Below are positions 53,265 to 64,000 of a stretch of DNA of 64,000 bases, piece by piece. The position numbers and the translations under genes were made by a program. The stretch comes from Lingula anatina (lineage: Eukaryota > Animalia > Brachiopoda): positions 5,084,001 through 5,148,000 of the forward strand of contig CM120645.1 of assembly GCA_051362555.1 (NCBI GenBank), read 5' to 3'. Under the pieces are notes generated by a model. It was not told the origin of the DNA, did no database searches, and was given only the letters and a program-made list of their open reading frames with translations. Every line of letters starts with the position of its first letter. Positions within the stretch are counted from its first letter, which is position 1.

Positions 53265-54074
53265 CAGTTGACTGGATGTTAAAAAGTTTGACTGTTTTTA
53301 TTCACTTTGAATTGAGTAATAAGTAATTATTTCATCTCTCCTCAGCGCGTTATTTACCCAAAGATGTCGGCCTCTAGTGGATTACGACTTTACATGAACG
53401 GTGTGGCTATGACGTCTACGTAAGTCTTCTAATACAGAAATCTTCTTTACGAATTTCAAGTAGTAAATGATAACGATATCACTTTTACAAGTAAAAGATA
53501 ATAACCAAAATAAATGTTTATTTCGTAACGAAGTCCTCTAATACATTTGAAATGGTTTGACAGAAATGGTGGCACTTGCGCGAAGTGGAAATTTCTGTAC
53601 AATGGTGGAGCTTGCCCAGAAGCGAACCACGATATCAATGGTCTATACTTACAGGCTCACACCTATCAACACATGATGCCTATTTCAGGTTGGTCTAGTC
53701 TTTTAATGTGCGACGTCTTGGCCATTAATAATAATAGCGCGCACGTACGAGAGAGCTGACCTTTATATTCGTCCGAACGTTGCGTCTTACTAAAACTGCA
53801 GAGTCATTCTTTCGCTGTTTTCTAAAATTTACTGATTAAAATTCGGTTAAATATATACTAACCTAAGAATTGACATTTCAATATATCGTCACTGAAATAA
53901 ATTGAAATAACACGTGTTCTGGTTTCAGTGAGCGGTATCTGTAGAGGTCTGGGTGCGGGCAACCTAGCCATTACTTTAGATTGCGAGAGCTGTGCCAATA
54001 GACAAATCATAAATCCCGTGACTGGGTGGGAGACGACTCTCTCCGTGACCGCGGAGGAGGTGGAGCTGGCTTAG
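47845..54074 (+). CDS. Secreted protein with Cys-rich N-module and three tandem CTHRC1 C-terminal-like domains, 12 exons
   Basis: Exons 47845-47955, 48793-48904, 49059-~49152, 49551-49747, 50388-~50537, 50887-50978, 51551-51764, 52076-~52242, 52568-52641, 53346-53419, 53564-~53688, 53929-54074 join in frame; recurring motifs LR(V/L).(F/W).G.L, F.F.FN...C..P.D, EGICENL.AG, TGW......EEV as in the CTHRC1 globular domain. Confidence 0.8.
49775..50002 (+). mobile_element. Non-autonomous Helitron/Helentron-like element in intron
   Basis: Subterminal inverted repeat cgccaagg / ccttggcg, internal (AATC/AAT)n, 3' short hairpin gcgctctcggagtgc then ttctagtt. Confidence 0.55.
51924..52040. repeat. ~59-bp intronic tandem duplication
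   Basis: agaagagtttgga.atcttgtaaatgttgatgaca.tcaaaaatatttttttaaaa twice. Confidence 0.9.
52711..52861. mobile_element. MITE-like inverted-repeat element
   Basis: gggactctcgctgcatgcaatcagatt mirrored by aatctgattgcattcagcaagagtccc. Confidence 0.65.
53180..53257. repeat. (CA)n(GA)n microsatellite
   Basis: Directly visible. Confidence 0.95.
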
Positions 54075-54346
54075 GCTCACTTTGGACACATATTTCGCGC
54101 TCAAGTCTTTCCGTACTTTTAATTTCAACGTAACTTAAATCAAATAGTTTTAATCATTTTACTTTAGATTGCGAGAGCTGTGCCAATAGACAAATCATAA
54201 ATCCCGTGACTGGGTGGGAGACGACTCTCTCCGTGACCGCGGAGGAGGTGGAGCTGGCTTAGGCTCACTTTGGACACATATTTCGCGCTCAAGTCTTTCC
54301 GTACTTTTAATTTCAACGTAACTTAAATCAAATAGTTTTAATCATT
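53971..54346 (+). repeat. Exact 188-bp tandem duplication of last-exon end, stop codon and proximal 3'UTR
   Basis: ttactttagattgcgagagc...atagttttaatcatt at 53971 and again at 54159. Confidence 0.92.
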
Positions 54347-54931
54347 TTTTCCTTGTCTTATACTTGCGTGTAAAATTATAATATTAACTGAGTTTTAGTC
54401 TCCTTAGAATGAATATTATTATAATCAGTATTATTACTGAGCCTGGCGAAATGAGGCTACATGTACCGAAAGAAGCATTTTATCATTTAAATTTGGGTGT
54501 CTCGTTAATTTCACGGTTTATTTAAAGGCCTAGACTTGTTCTTTTAGCCTGTGGACTGCGTTTTGATATAGAAAAAAGTTATCAAGTTGCATTGGTAACG
54601 ATATTCCTACCTTCACAACGTATTTTTCGGTTTGGAAATTGACCTCTCTCGATTTGATTTCATTGACATGTATTTATATCGTTGTAACTGTGATATATTT
54701 TGTATTAAAATGTGTATATTACTATCTCAATAACTATTAATCAATCGATATCGGCCAATAGGAAAATAAAAGGCCTCCGAATCTCAGGGGCCACGCTTCA
54801 ACGCTGCCTTATCTTATCGCTGTCAGCAAATCAAGTGCGTTATCTTTATCAGTCACATACTTTGAACCTAACCTTTCGCTGAGTGTGTCAAAATGTTACA
54901 GCAGCACTGACAAATCAACCCAAGCACAAAC

Positions 54932-56262
54932 ATGGCAGTTCCTGAACGTGACATAGATTTTATTGCGACATACTCGGCAGGATGGCGAAAACCACGTTCC
55001 AAACCGTCTTCTCGATACCACAGTAGCTCCGAGTATCCCCCGTCGCTTACGTCATCAGTGGGGACGACGCGGAAGAAACGACACGTTCTCGAATTCAAGG
55101 CGTCGTCCGAGCTCGATCAAAGCGAAGTGAAACTAACTGGTGTCACGGTGTCCCCAAATGGTGACATTGCTGTCGTGGACAGCGGGAATAAAACCGTGAA
55201 ACTGTTTACAGAAAAGGGGAAGTATAAAAGGGAGTTCGGACAGGACGTGCAATTCGAAGAAAAACCCCTGGGCCTCCATCAGAGCGCAAACGGCGTGGGA
55301 AGTGACGACGATCCAGACAATGTCTTTGACTCTGAGGTAGATAGTGACCGAGGCTTCTCTAACACAATCGGTGGCTCATCCAACACAATCAGGTGCAAGG
55401 TGCCTGGTTCTCTGCTCCGGGGGCCGTGGGATATTGCCACACTGCAGGACGGTGATTTTGCTGTCACAGACATTAAAGAATCGTGCCTGAAAATTTTCAC
55501 TCCTGAGGGGCATTTTGTACGGCGGTTAGGCCAAGGGTGAGAATATTTTTTATATTTTCTTTTTTATCGGATCTTAGAACAAAGCGTTTCAAAAACTGCA
55601 TGGTGAGCAATTTCTGCATTGCGTTCACCAAATATATTACACAGTACACTAGTACTTAATGGGACGGAGAATTATAATTTTATAGAAATCAACAAATCCT
55701 ATGTCACTTTAGTGCGTTTTTCATCAATTCCAGTAACCTTGCCTATCCACGAGGTGTAGCAATGGACAAACGCGGATGTTTCGTCGTCACCGACTGTCCG
55801 CCCACCAGGGGTCAGCAGCGCATACGCGTGTTCACCCCTGATGGGCAATGCGTCAAGGTATTACCGGCTCGTAAAGGCATGACCCTACCATTCGCTCGTC
55901 CAATGTATCTGACAACGGAATCCCACAACGCCAGGACCATCGTCTCTGATATGTGGTCCAACACAATCCAAGTGCTGAACTCGACGGGACACGAGGCGTT
56001 CAGATACGGGGGGTTTGGCAACGGAGAGGAACAGTTGATGGCTCCGCACGGAATCTGTAGTGACGGGCTTGGGCGAATCTTCATCGCCGATCATCTGAAT
56101 CATAGGATCTGCATGGTGAAGTTAGACGAACAAGAGGGAACTTTCTTGAACTACCTGGCCACCAAATCTGACGGTCTTCGCCTGCCGACAGCTTTAGCGT
56201 TTTCACCAACTACAGGGCATCTCGTTGTAACTGAACTAGAAGGAATGGTTAAAATATTTTAG
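54932..56262 (+). CDS. NHL-repeat beta-propeller protein (TRIM2/3/71-like C-terminal domain), 2 exons
   Basis: Exons 54932-55536 and 55734-56262 (GG|T phase 2); repeats TGVTVSPNGDIAVVDSGNKTVKLF, GPWDIA...FAVTD, YPRGVAMD, RPMYL, APHGICSDGLGRIFIADHLNHRI, LPTALA. Confidence 0.9.
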
Positions 56263-56653
56263 AGAGAATAGAAAAAGAAAAACAAATTAAAAGTGAATCA
56301 ATTGAATTTGATGGGATAGAACTATTTGGAGCACTTTGAATTCTGTCAAATATCAGCGAAAAAGTAAATAAAAGGAACCCAGCATATACTGTATTTACAA
56401 ATTTTTACACACAGACCCGAATACATGTAGTAAAAAAACTGAAAAAGGACGCTTATTTATAATGATAATTAATATTAAATTGTTGTATGTTATTCTTCAT
56501 CATCATTGTCATAGCAATTTAGATAAAGTGTTTTGGTAGGCCTATTACTTTAATTTTTTATAGAGTTAAATCCAGTCCATTGAAAGATAATAAAGGGAAG
56601 ATCAGAAACACTATAAAATGTCTAATTCAAGTGCAGGGATGGGTTGAGCAATT

Positions 56654-56928
56654 CAGGGGCGGATCCAGGATTATTTGAAGGGAGGGGGGTCCATTTTTTT
56701 TAGGATTATAGGCCTCGGATGCGAAGCCGACCCTTGCGCCTCTTGGTGTGGGGTTCGATGTTTTGGAGGGCAAGCGATGCCATTGGTGCAGTTTACAACT
56801 ATGATTCAACTCTTCATAATTAAAATATCAAAAGGGCCTAAGGGGAATATTGATGTGATTTTTTCCAGAAACCGAAGAGGGGGGGGGGGTCAGGCCCCCC
56901 CCTGACACCCAATAAAAATCCGCCACTG
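56654..56928. mobile_element. MITE-like element (CAGGGGCGGATCC type)
   Basis: Termini caggggcggat ... atccgccactg with internal G/C tracts; similar end at ~40463. Confidence 0.55.
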
Positions 56929-57122
56929 CAGTCCTTAAGTAGTTTTTTCTATTTTCCAAGGAAATTTATGCTACAGTAGTAGGCCTACAATGTAGGCCCT
57001 ATGTTTGTTACGGAAATCTAAAATAGCATATACAGTACCTTTAGGCCTAAGCCACGTGCGCAAGTAACGCAACTCCCTTTTATAGTAGGGGGAAAATGTA
57101 CCGGTTTTCAAGTCTACAGGCA

Positions 57123-57162
<40 letters not shown>

Positions 57163-57289
57163 AGGCCTACAATGTAGCCTATATATATATATATACATGT
57201 ATAGGGGCCTAGTTATAATGGCAGCGCGATGTTATTTTCCCCATCTTAAATGGTTGTTTTGCACCCTATTGAAGCTGCAGCAAGAATAG

Positions 57290-57545
57290 GGCGAATCCCG
57301 TTTACGTCATACTAAACCATCAAAACCAGCAATTTTAAAGTTATAACTTTTTTTGTCACTACGTGCAGATTATAAATTTATGATTTGGGGAAATCCCAAA
57401 TCTACTCTATTATGGTGACGTCATCGATAATAACCCCGTAATCTGATGACGTAGAGCTCACAGGAAGTATTTCCGGGGAAGACAAAGTTGGAGGTCGTCG
57501 GTATATTTGTGCTTCTGATTTACCTATGGGAGCCTAAAAATTCAG
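57290..57545 (+). promoter_or_regulatory. Probable YOD1 promoter and non-coding first exon
   Basis: CRE TGACGTCA 57416-57423, further TGACGT half sites, ETS-like CAGGAAGT ~57460, donor CAG|GTTTGT at 57545/6; acceptor immediately before ATG 58315. Confidence 0.55.
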
Positions 57546-58314
57546 GTTTGTGTATGCAATTTCACTAAAATACCAATAGCAACAGAAAATCCTATAATTT
57601 GGTTAATATCTCTTAATCCATAGAGCAAGAAACCACTGTGACGTGCACTCGGCTTCACCTGTCACGGCAAAGTTTGAGATTGTTATGTCTGCCGAAAAAA
57701 TTACGAAAAAAGGTCGGGTGATTCATGAGAATGAAAAGCATTAAAGTTTGAATTTGATCGGCAAAATGTTATTTGAAAGCACATTTAAATATTACGAGAT
57801 CCGAGTTCATTACAGGGGTGTGAATGTGCAGTAAAATCTTATTGGTAAAGGAGTTTCCAAGTTAAATAAAAAATTAAAATTGGTTATTAAATTTACAAAC
57901 TTATTTATTTGAATAGCAGAGATATTGTCCAAGTCACCACATAACTTAATTTTGATAAAAATTAAAAATTTAAATAATAGAAATAATCATAATGGTTTAG
58001 TGAAAAAGGAGAGGGTTTGACCACAAAAAATTATGCAGTTGTATTCCTGTTTAGTATTTATGTATTTTGATATGTACAATATGTCATAATACTAAGTTGC
58101 CATGAAAGATTAGGGTGCACATAACTGGTAAGTGATGGTCAGATAGTGAGTCAGCTGCATGTTGTCGGCTCTCATGTTGTCTTTTTTGCACGCCTTTCAC
58201 CTCAGCTCCCACACTGCTAGAATGCAGAAATCAGTTTTCTATCATGAGGCAATTTTTTTTTAAATTTTTCACATCAGTAGGATTTTGAATTTTCTTAATT
58301 TCTTCCTCCACAGA

Positions 58315-59235
58315 ATGGCCAGCAAGATAAGTCTACGATGCAAGTCACAGAAAGGTCAAGCTATTCTTCAGGGATTGACTTCAGAGTCCACAGTGCAGCA
58401 GCTAAAAGCCAAACTGGCAGAGGCCAGTGGTATACAGGCTGCCCACCTAAAGATTAGGAGTGGATTTCCTCCAAAGCTAATACCTCTAGATCACAATGCC
58501 CAGAATCTGAGTGATCTGCCTATCAAGTCTGGAGACACTTTGATCGTTGAAGAGGACACTGCTGCTAAGGTTGCTAGGGAAGATAAATTCTTGAACAACT
58601 TCCAGGCCCAAATGCAACAGAACATGGGAATTCTAATGAGAAAGGTGGTGCCAGCTGATAACTCTTGTTTGTTCACTAGTGTTGCATTTGTTTTACACGA
58701 TGGAAATCCTGAACCTAAATCCGCTCCCTTTATGAGGCAGAAAATTGCCAAGGCTGTCTCTGATGACCCAGTTACGTACAATGAGGCATTTCTTGGGCGA
58801 AAGAATGACTCTTACTGCGCTTATATCCTCAGTGATGATACTTGGGGAGGTGCTATTGAATTATCCATTTTCTCTAAGCTTCTTCAGCTAGAAATAGACG
58901 TAGTAGACACCCAGACAGGACGCATAGATCGGTTTGGGGAAGACAAATTTTATCGCACTCGTGTTCTGTTGATTTACGATGGAACGCACTACGATCCTCT
59001 TATGATGGAATCAATTGATGCTTCCCAACCTCCTCAGACACGTTTTCCAATTACAAATGATGTGGTATTATCCCAGGCAATGGAAATTGCAGCTGAAGCC
59101 AAAGCCAGCAGGAATTACACCGATACTAGTAAATTTACATTAAAATGCTCAGCATGTGAGATTGGACTAGTGGGACAGAATGAGGCAACAGAGCATGCCC
59201 GGCTAACAGGTCACACTAATTTCTGTGAATACTGA
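58315..59235 (+). CDS. YOD1: Ubiquitin thioesterase OTU1, single coding exon
   Basis: UBX-like N-domain (GFPPK), OTU catalytic VPADNSCLF and YDGTHYD, WGGAIEL, C-terminal C2H2 finger CSAC...HARLTGHTNF; real ATG follows acceptor cacag at 58313. Confidence 0.96.
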   Translation: MASKISLRCKSQKGQAILQGLTSESTVQQLKAKLAEASGIQAAHLKIRSGFPPKLIPLDHNAQNLSDLPIKSGDTLIVEEDTAAKVAREDKFLNNFQAQMQQNMGILMRKVVPADNSCLFTSVAFVLHDGNPEPKSAPFMRQKIAKAVSDDPVTYNEAFLGRKNDSYCAYILSDDTWGGAIELSIFSKLLQLEIDVVDTQTGRIDRFGEDKFYRTRVLLIYDGTHYDPLMMESIDASQPPQTRFPITNDVVLSQAMEIAAEAKASRNYTDTSKFTLKCSACEIGLVGQNEATEHARLTGHTNFCEY

Positions 59236-62200
59236 TGTTAAGAGACAGAGTCAAATTCGTTTTTAACTATCACAGTGGATAGCCAAACGAGAATCGAGTG
59301 TTCAAAAAGTTAAAACCTTTCAATTTCTACATGTAATTGAAGGTAACTCTGTGACTTTCTTCGGTGTGTGTTACATGTGTAATGAGAGACTTGAGTACTG
59401 TTCATCAATGTTTCAGTAATAGTACTGTCCCTTTTTTTTTCAACTTGAAGTTATGATCATTATCAACAGGCTACATGGCTAAACTTCCATCAGAAGATTC
59501 CAGTGTCTCTTGCTATCCCGACCAGTGAAATTGAAGGAATTAGTGAATTTACATTGTAGTCTGTAGCATAGATCTACATTTTATTGAACCTGTCCCTGTG
59601 GATATTGAAGTGGTAGAAATAGTAGCAATTTATCATCATTCAGTGCAAAATATAGGCACACATTTAAATGCAATTGCAGTAGATGTTATGATCAAATGTA
59701 ATAGGTATGTAAGAGGATGCTGGATGATATGCAAATAGACTTCATGTAACTGAAGCATAAAAGTTTATCAAAATGGCTACGTGCTTTAATACCTGTGCTT
59801 TGTTAGTTGATGTTTTACTGTATTATGGAAAGATGTAAACTTTGTGTCTTTTGAGTTTGATATATGTAAAATATTATGATATAGCTTCATTTAAATTTCT
59901 TGTGAAATGGAAAAGGAAGAAAAGAACATATCATTATGTAATGTTATGTTTGGAGAAATTACAACTTATTTATTTTGCTTATTGTTTGTTCGTTTAATTT
60001 TCTTGTTAATGGCAGTCTGTGTGCTTCAAATTACAACAAAAGGAAGAATTTGTAGGACATGTAGACTAAAAGCCTCAATTATTTGTTTTGCAGATGTACC
60101 CCAAATTTACATTTTACTGAAGCCCTGCAACCAATCTATCAAAACCACTGTGCATATAACTTAGCTAGAGAAATAGATCACCAAAAATAACAAAAGAGCC
60201 TGCTCAACTACATCATCTCATCTTTATTGTGTGTAAAAGTGCAAAGTCTACTACAATTGTCTTAAACTTTCACATTCATTTTAATTGATTATTTCTTTGA
60301 TTGAAATTATATTTGAAGTACAGAATCTGCTATATGCAAAAGAAATGACATGGATCTTTCAATACATTTCCATATTAAATGTTAATTATTCTAAGTGCTA
60401 CCGTAAAATTAAAATCTAGTCAGTTCATGAATGATTCATTTTTGAATTTCTTAATATATATGAAACAAAACTACACAAATTTATAAAAACTTGGACATCT
60501 GGTCCAAACAAATCGGAAAAAATTGATCAGAGACAAAAAACATTAAACAAACACCCTGAAAAGAGGTTATCTCTTCTTTCTTAACTAATGCATTTTTTTT
60601 TCAAAATATTACATTTCTTTCAAAGACAGCATTGAATTGACTCAAAAAGATGGTGTTGGTTTTATATACATGACATACAAGTCTTAGGACAGGAAAAGTA
60701 ACCACCAATAACTCCACTGGTTTATATTCACTGATACACCCATCAAAATAAAACAGAGCTCCCTCCTTTCAGATGCTCTCAAATATCATAATTATCTAAA
60801 CCATATCTTAATATTGAACAATTATAATATTTAAATTTTAAACAGCTGATGTTTGTATTTCCTCATGAGGAACCTGAAGGTGCTTTTCTTAACTTACTAG
60901 TGTTACTTAATGTGGTGTATTTTCTGACACAGCCCCCCCCCCCCCCCCCCTCATTGAAGAGCACCTCTTGCACACTCCAACACTTATCTAATCAATTTTT
61001 GAAAGAATTCCTTTACCCAGCATTCACCACTTGGCCTGATAGGCTATTCTGTGTTTGCTACTCTCAGTGTACCTGTTTCCTTGTACTGAGTTTAGGTCTC
61101 TGACATTAACATTAGAGATTTAAAAGCAATATAATGTCTGCATTGGTTTATAAAGAATATCATAGTCCTTGATAATGGAGAGAGAAGAGGGCACCATGAA
61201 TACTGTGTGGGTTCAAAAAAATCCTGCTCTCTTCATCATCAGACAAAACAAACTTGAAGTGTGACACAGGTTAAATTTCTTCCAGGTTTGGAGTCTTAGT
61301 GGTTTGTTTTATGGCAACAGCATAAGTATACACTCGTGCATCTACTACAACATCTTGTTTGGCAAACTCTGGAAAACACAGCCAATTGTTTGAGTGAGAA
61401 GGAGGCAACATTATTTACAAAACTGAGGTAAATTATTGTGGCTTGTTTACACCGAAGATAGGTCAACCCCATATCGGAGGGGGGCTTATAATACAAAAAG
61501 AGCTATAGCCCAAAGACTGGTATAAATACTAAAACCAAAATTCTGTCCACTTGAAACAAAATAAATGAAACACTGTGCTCGTTTTATAGCACGAGAGGCA
61601 ATTACAGCATGCGTTTCGGACCAACAGTTACATTAATATATGGACAAGTGTGGATTCATCTTAAACCAAATAATAGACTTGAATTGAGGACTTTACATTT
61701 GCTGCTAATGGTAGACCTAGTTCAAACCAGGAAAAAAAGTCTTACAAGGAACTGACCTATATTCAGTGCCAATTGACACGCCTTTAGAGATCATTCACTA
61801 ATAAGTAGCTGATCATACCGGTACGTACATTGGGGATTGTTTTGTTAAATATTTTACATCAAAAATCAATCTAGTCTAGACAAAGACTGCTTGAAATTTT
61901 CACCAACTTGAATATATTTCACACACACACACACACACAAAAAAAAAAAAAAAATTAATTAAATAAATAAATAAATAGATAAAAGAAATGAATAAGTAAA
62001 TATATATGTTAATAAACAAAATCGAAAACCGAAATAAAATACTAATAAAAATATATCAATCACTTCATTTTTGACTAAAACATTAAAAGCAAATTGTAAT
62101 TGTCTTGACAATGATTTTACTGTTTCGTGATAAGATTCCTTATACAGCTAAAACAGAAAGTCCCTTGACAGTTGCAAATGCATGCAATGGCCTGTTGAAA

Positions 62201-63089
62201 AGAGGGGTTTTCACAACAAGTACATGTCCTTCGCCTAGCTAGTGGGTAAGTTGTTCAGAAAAACATAGTCGCCATTTATTGCTTTCTCAGTTTCATTAAT
62301 TGACTTAAATAATTGCAGTAAACAATGAGGAGGAAATGCTTAAGACAAAACATTGCTGGGTCTTTGTGCAACTTTTTCCCTGAACACTTTTGATGTTGCT
62401 TTTACAGGAGGACTTCCTTAGTTAACATTTAAATGTCTCCTCCCCTCAGCAGATCCAACTTGAGGAATGTACGTCAGTACACAGTAGATCAAATTTTGGT
62501 TGAGATTATGAAAGGTTTGAAGGACAAAGCGATAATATGAGGGTTTTTTTTTTTTCAAGAAAAAAAATTGATTTTTTATGGTGTGTCACAATAGTTACTT
62601 AATAAAGCTATACTTAAATATATTCCAGAAACATGTGAAATTAGGCTAATGACGTGATTGTACCTTAACCTGAGATATCCCTGATGAAAGCACCATGATG
62701 GACACAGAAAAGCGGACTGCAAAAATAATGTCTTTTAATATCGATTAAAACATGATATGATCCATTGTTAAAATTGTATTAAAACTTTCAATATGCCAGG
62801 TTCAGTAATGTCAGAATTTTGGCAATCATTTAAAACCATACTTGTACAAAGTTTACTTAGCCTTAGTTAAGTAACAACCAGTCTGAAAAAACGTCTCCCA
62901 TTTTACGTGAGGCAAGACACACTCTTCACATATGATGAAAAACCATGATAAAGACCGTGTGAGAATAATACATTCCTCATCACTTTTACAAGGCAGTGGA
63001 TGAGAGCCTGTGGATAAATTACAATATACAATCAAAAGGAAATTAGCTAAGAAAGTTAACTACAGGTCAACAGTTTGCGTATCTGAAGT

Positions 63090-63211
63090 GGAGAAATAGA
63101 TATCTTTATCTGTCTCTTTGTTCAAAGCAAAGAAATAGATATCTTTCTCTTTGTTCCAAGCAAAGAAAATTTAATATATATATATTTATCTGTCTCTTTG
63201 TTCCAAGCAAA
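63090..63211. repeat. Three-copy degenerate tandem repeat
   Basis: gaaatagatatcttt...tctctttgttc.aagcaaa repeated. Confidence 0.75.
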
Positions 63212-64000
63212 ATTCAATCGCACCTCCTTTTAATAAACCTTCATACTCACTGTTGATACTGTTCACAGTATATATTGAATTACACATCCTTCGCCTACAT
63301 GAAAATGTGTTTACTATATTTTCCTTTTACTTATAGATGGCACGTATGTTCAAGTGCATTCTTGTAGTTACTATTTCCCTACGCGGCAGCAATAATTCTT
63401 TCAGAGTAACAATATATTGCAACCGTCTCGGTACAATTTCATATCAAGATGCCTAAAAACTGATCAATCAGACAGAAGAGATAAATTGTTTGAAGCAAAG
63501 TAATTCATTTGCGACTCTTAAATAAGAGACTTAATTACTATGCCCCGCAGGGACAACGTGTGGGGAGGCGTGTGAGAGGCGGAGAGACTATTAAAAGATT
63601 AGGCGGTTTTTCTTTCATGTACATACGTCATTTTTAGTTCTCTAAGGTTTCTTTAAGACCAAATCTAGCCCACTAGTGTTTGCTCAGTGAGCAGGCTACA
63701 CGAAGTGTGCCAACACTCCAATGAGGTACAGCAGCCCTAGAAGTCTTGCCAACTTCTTGAGCAGTCCAAACGGCTATGCTCACCGGCTAAGCTTGTCGAG
63801 GAAAACCCCATAATTAATGAACAGTTGGGGTACTAGGCAGTGTAGCTACTGTTACAATGTGGCCTAGTATCAAGGGAATTTCTGTTTAGCTGTAGGTACA
63901 TGTATTCCAGCTACATCACTGGCCCAATATTGTTTACAAAACACATAGCCTGATATTGCAAGGATTGACTTTGCATGTAAAGCCAGTATATCCCATTTTT

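Noticed and set aside
58285-58314. ORF-track N-terminal extension of YOD1 (MNFLNFFLHR)
   Set aside because: It is the polypyrimidine tract and acceptor; true start is ATG 58315

Overview
AT-rich, intron-containing animal genomic DNA; the gene set and repeats suggest an invertebrate, possibly a mollusc or other lophotrochozoan (inference). Gene order: ARIH2 (-, 3' end runs off the window), a divergent promoter, MOV10L1/armitage (+) with an intronless atypical class A GPCR nested in its last intron on the same strand, SSR4 (+), ACP7-like purple acid phosphatase (-) with a young, internally deleted Gypsy LTR element just upstream (identical 302-bp LTRs, AGAA TSD, tRNA-Ser PBS, integrase only, 100-bp perfect fold-back), a 116-aa single-pass membrane ORF apparently spliced onto UBXN6 (candidate dicistronic mRNA), a cytosolic SULT (-), a bacterial-type sulfotransferase with introns (+), a secreted collagen-less protein with three tandem CTHRC1 C-terminal-like domains (+), a stand-alone NHL-repeat protein (+) and YOD1/OTU1 (+). 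Several MITE-like elements, tandem duplications and microsatellites are present. All exon structures were assembled by eye from GT-AG sites and reading-frame continuity; no database search was run.
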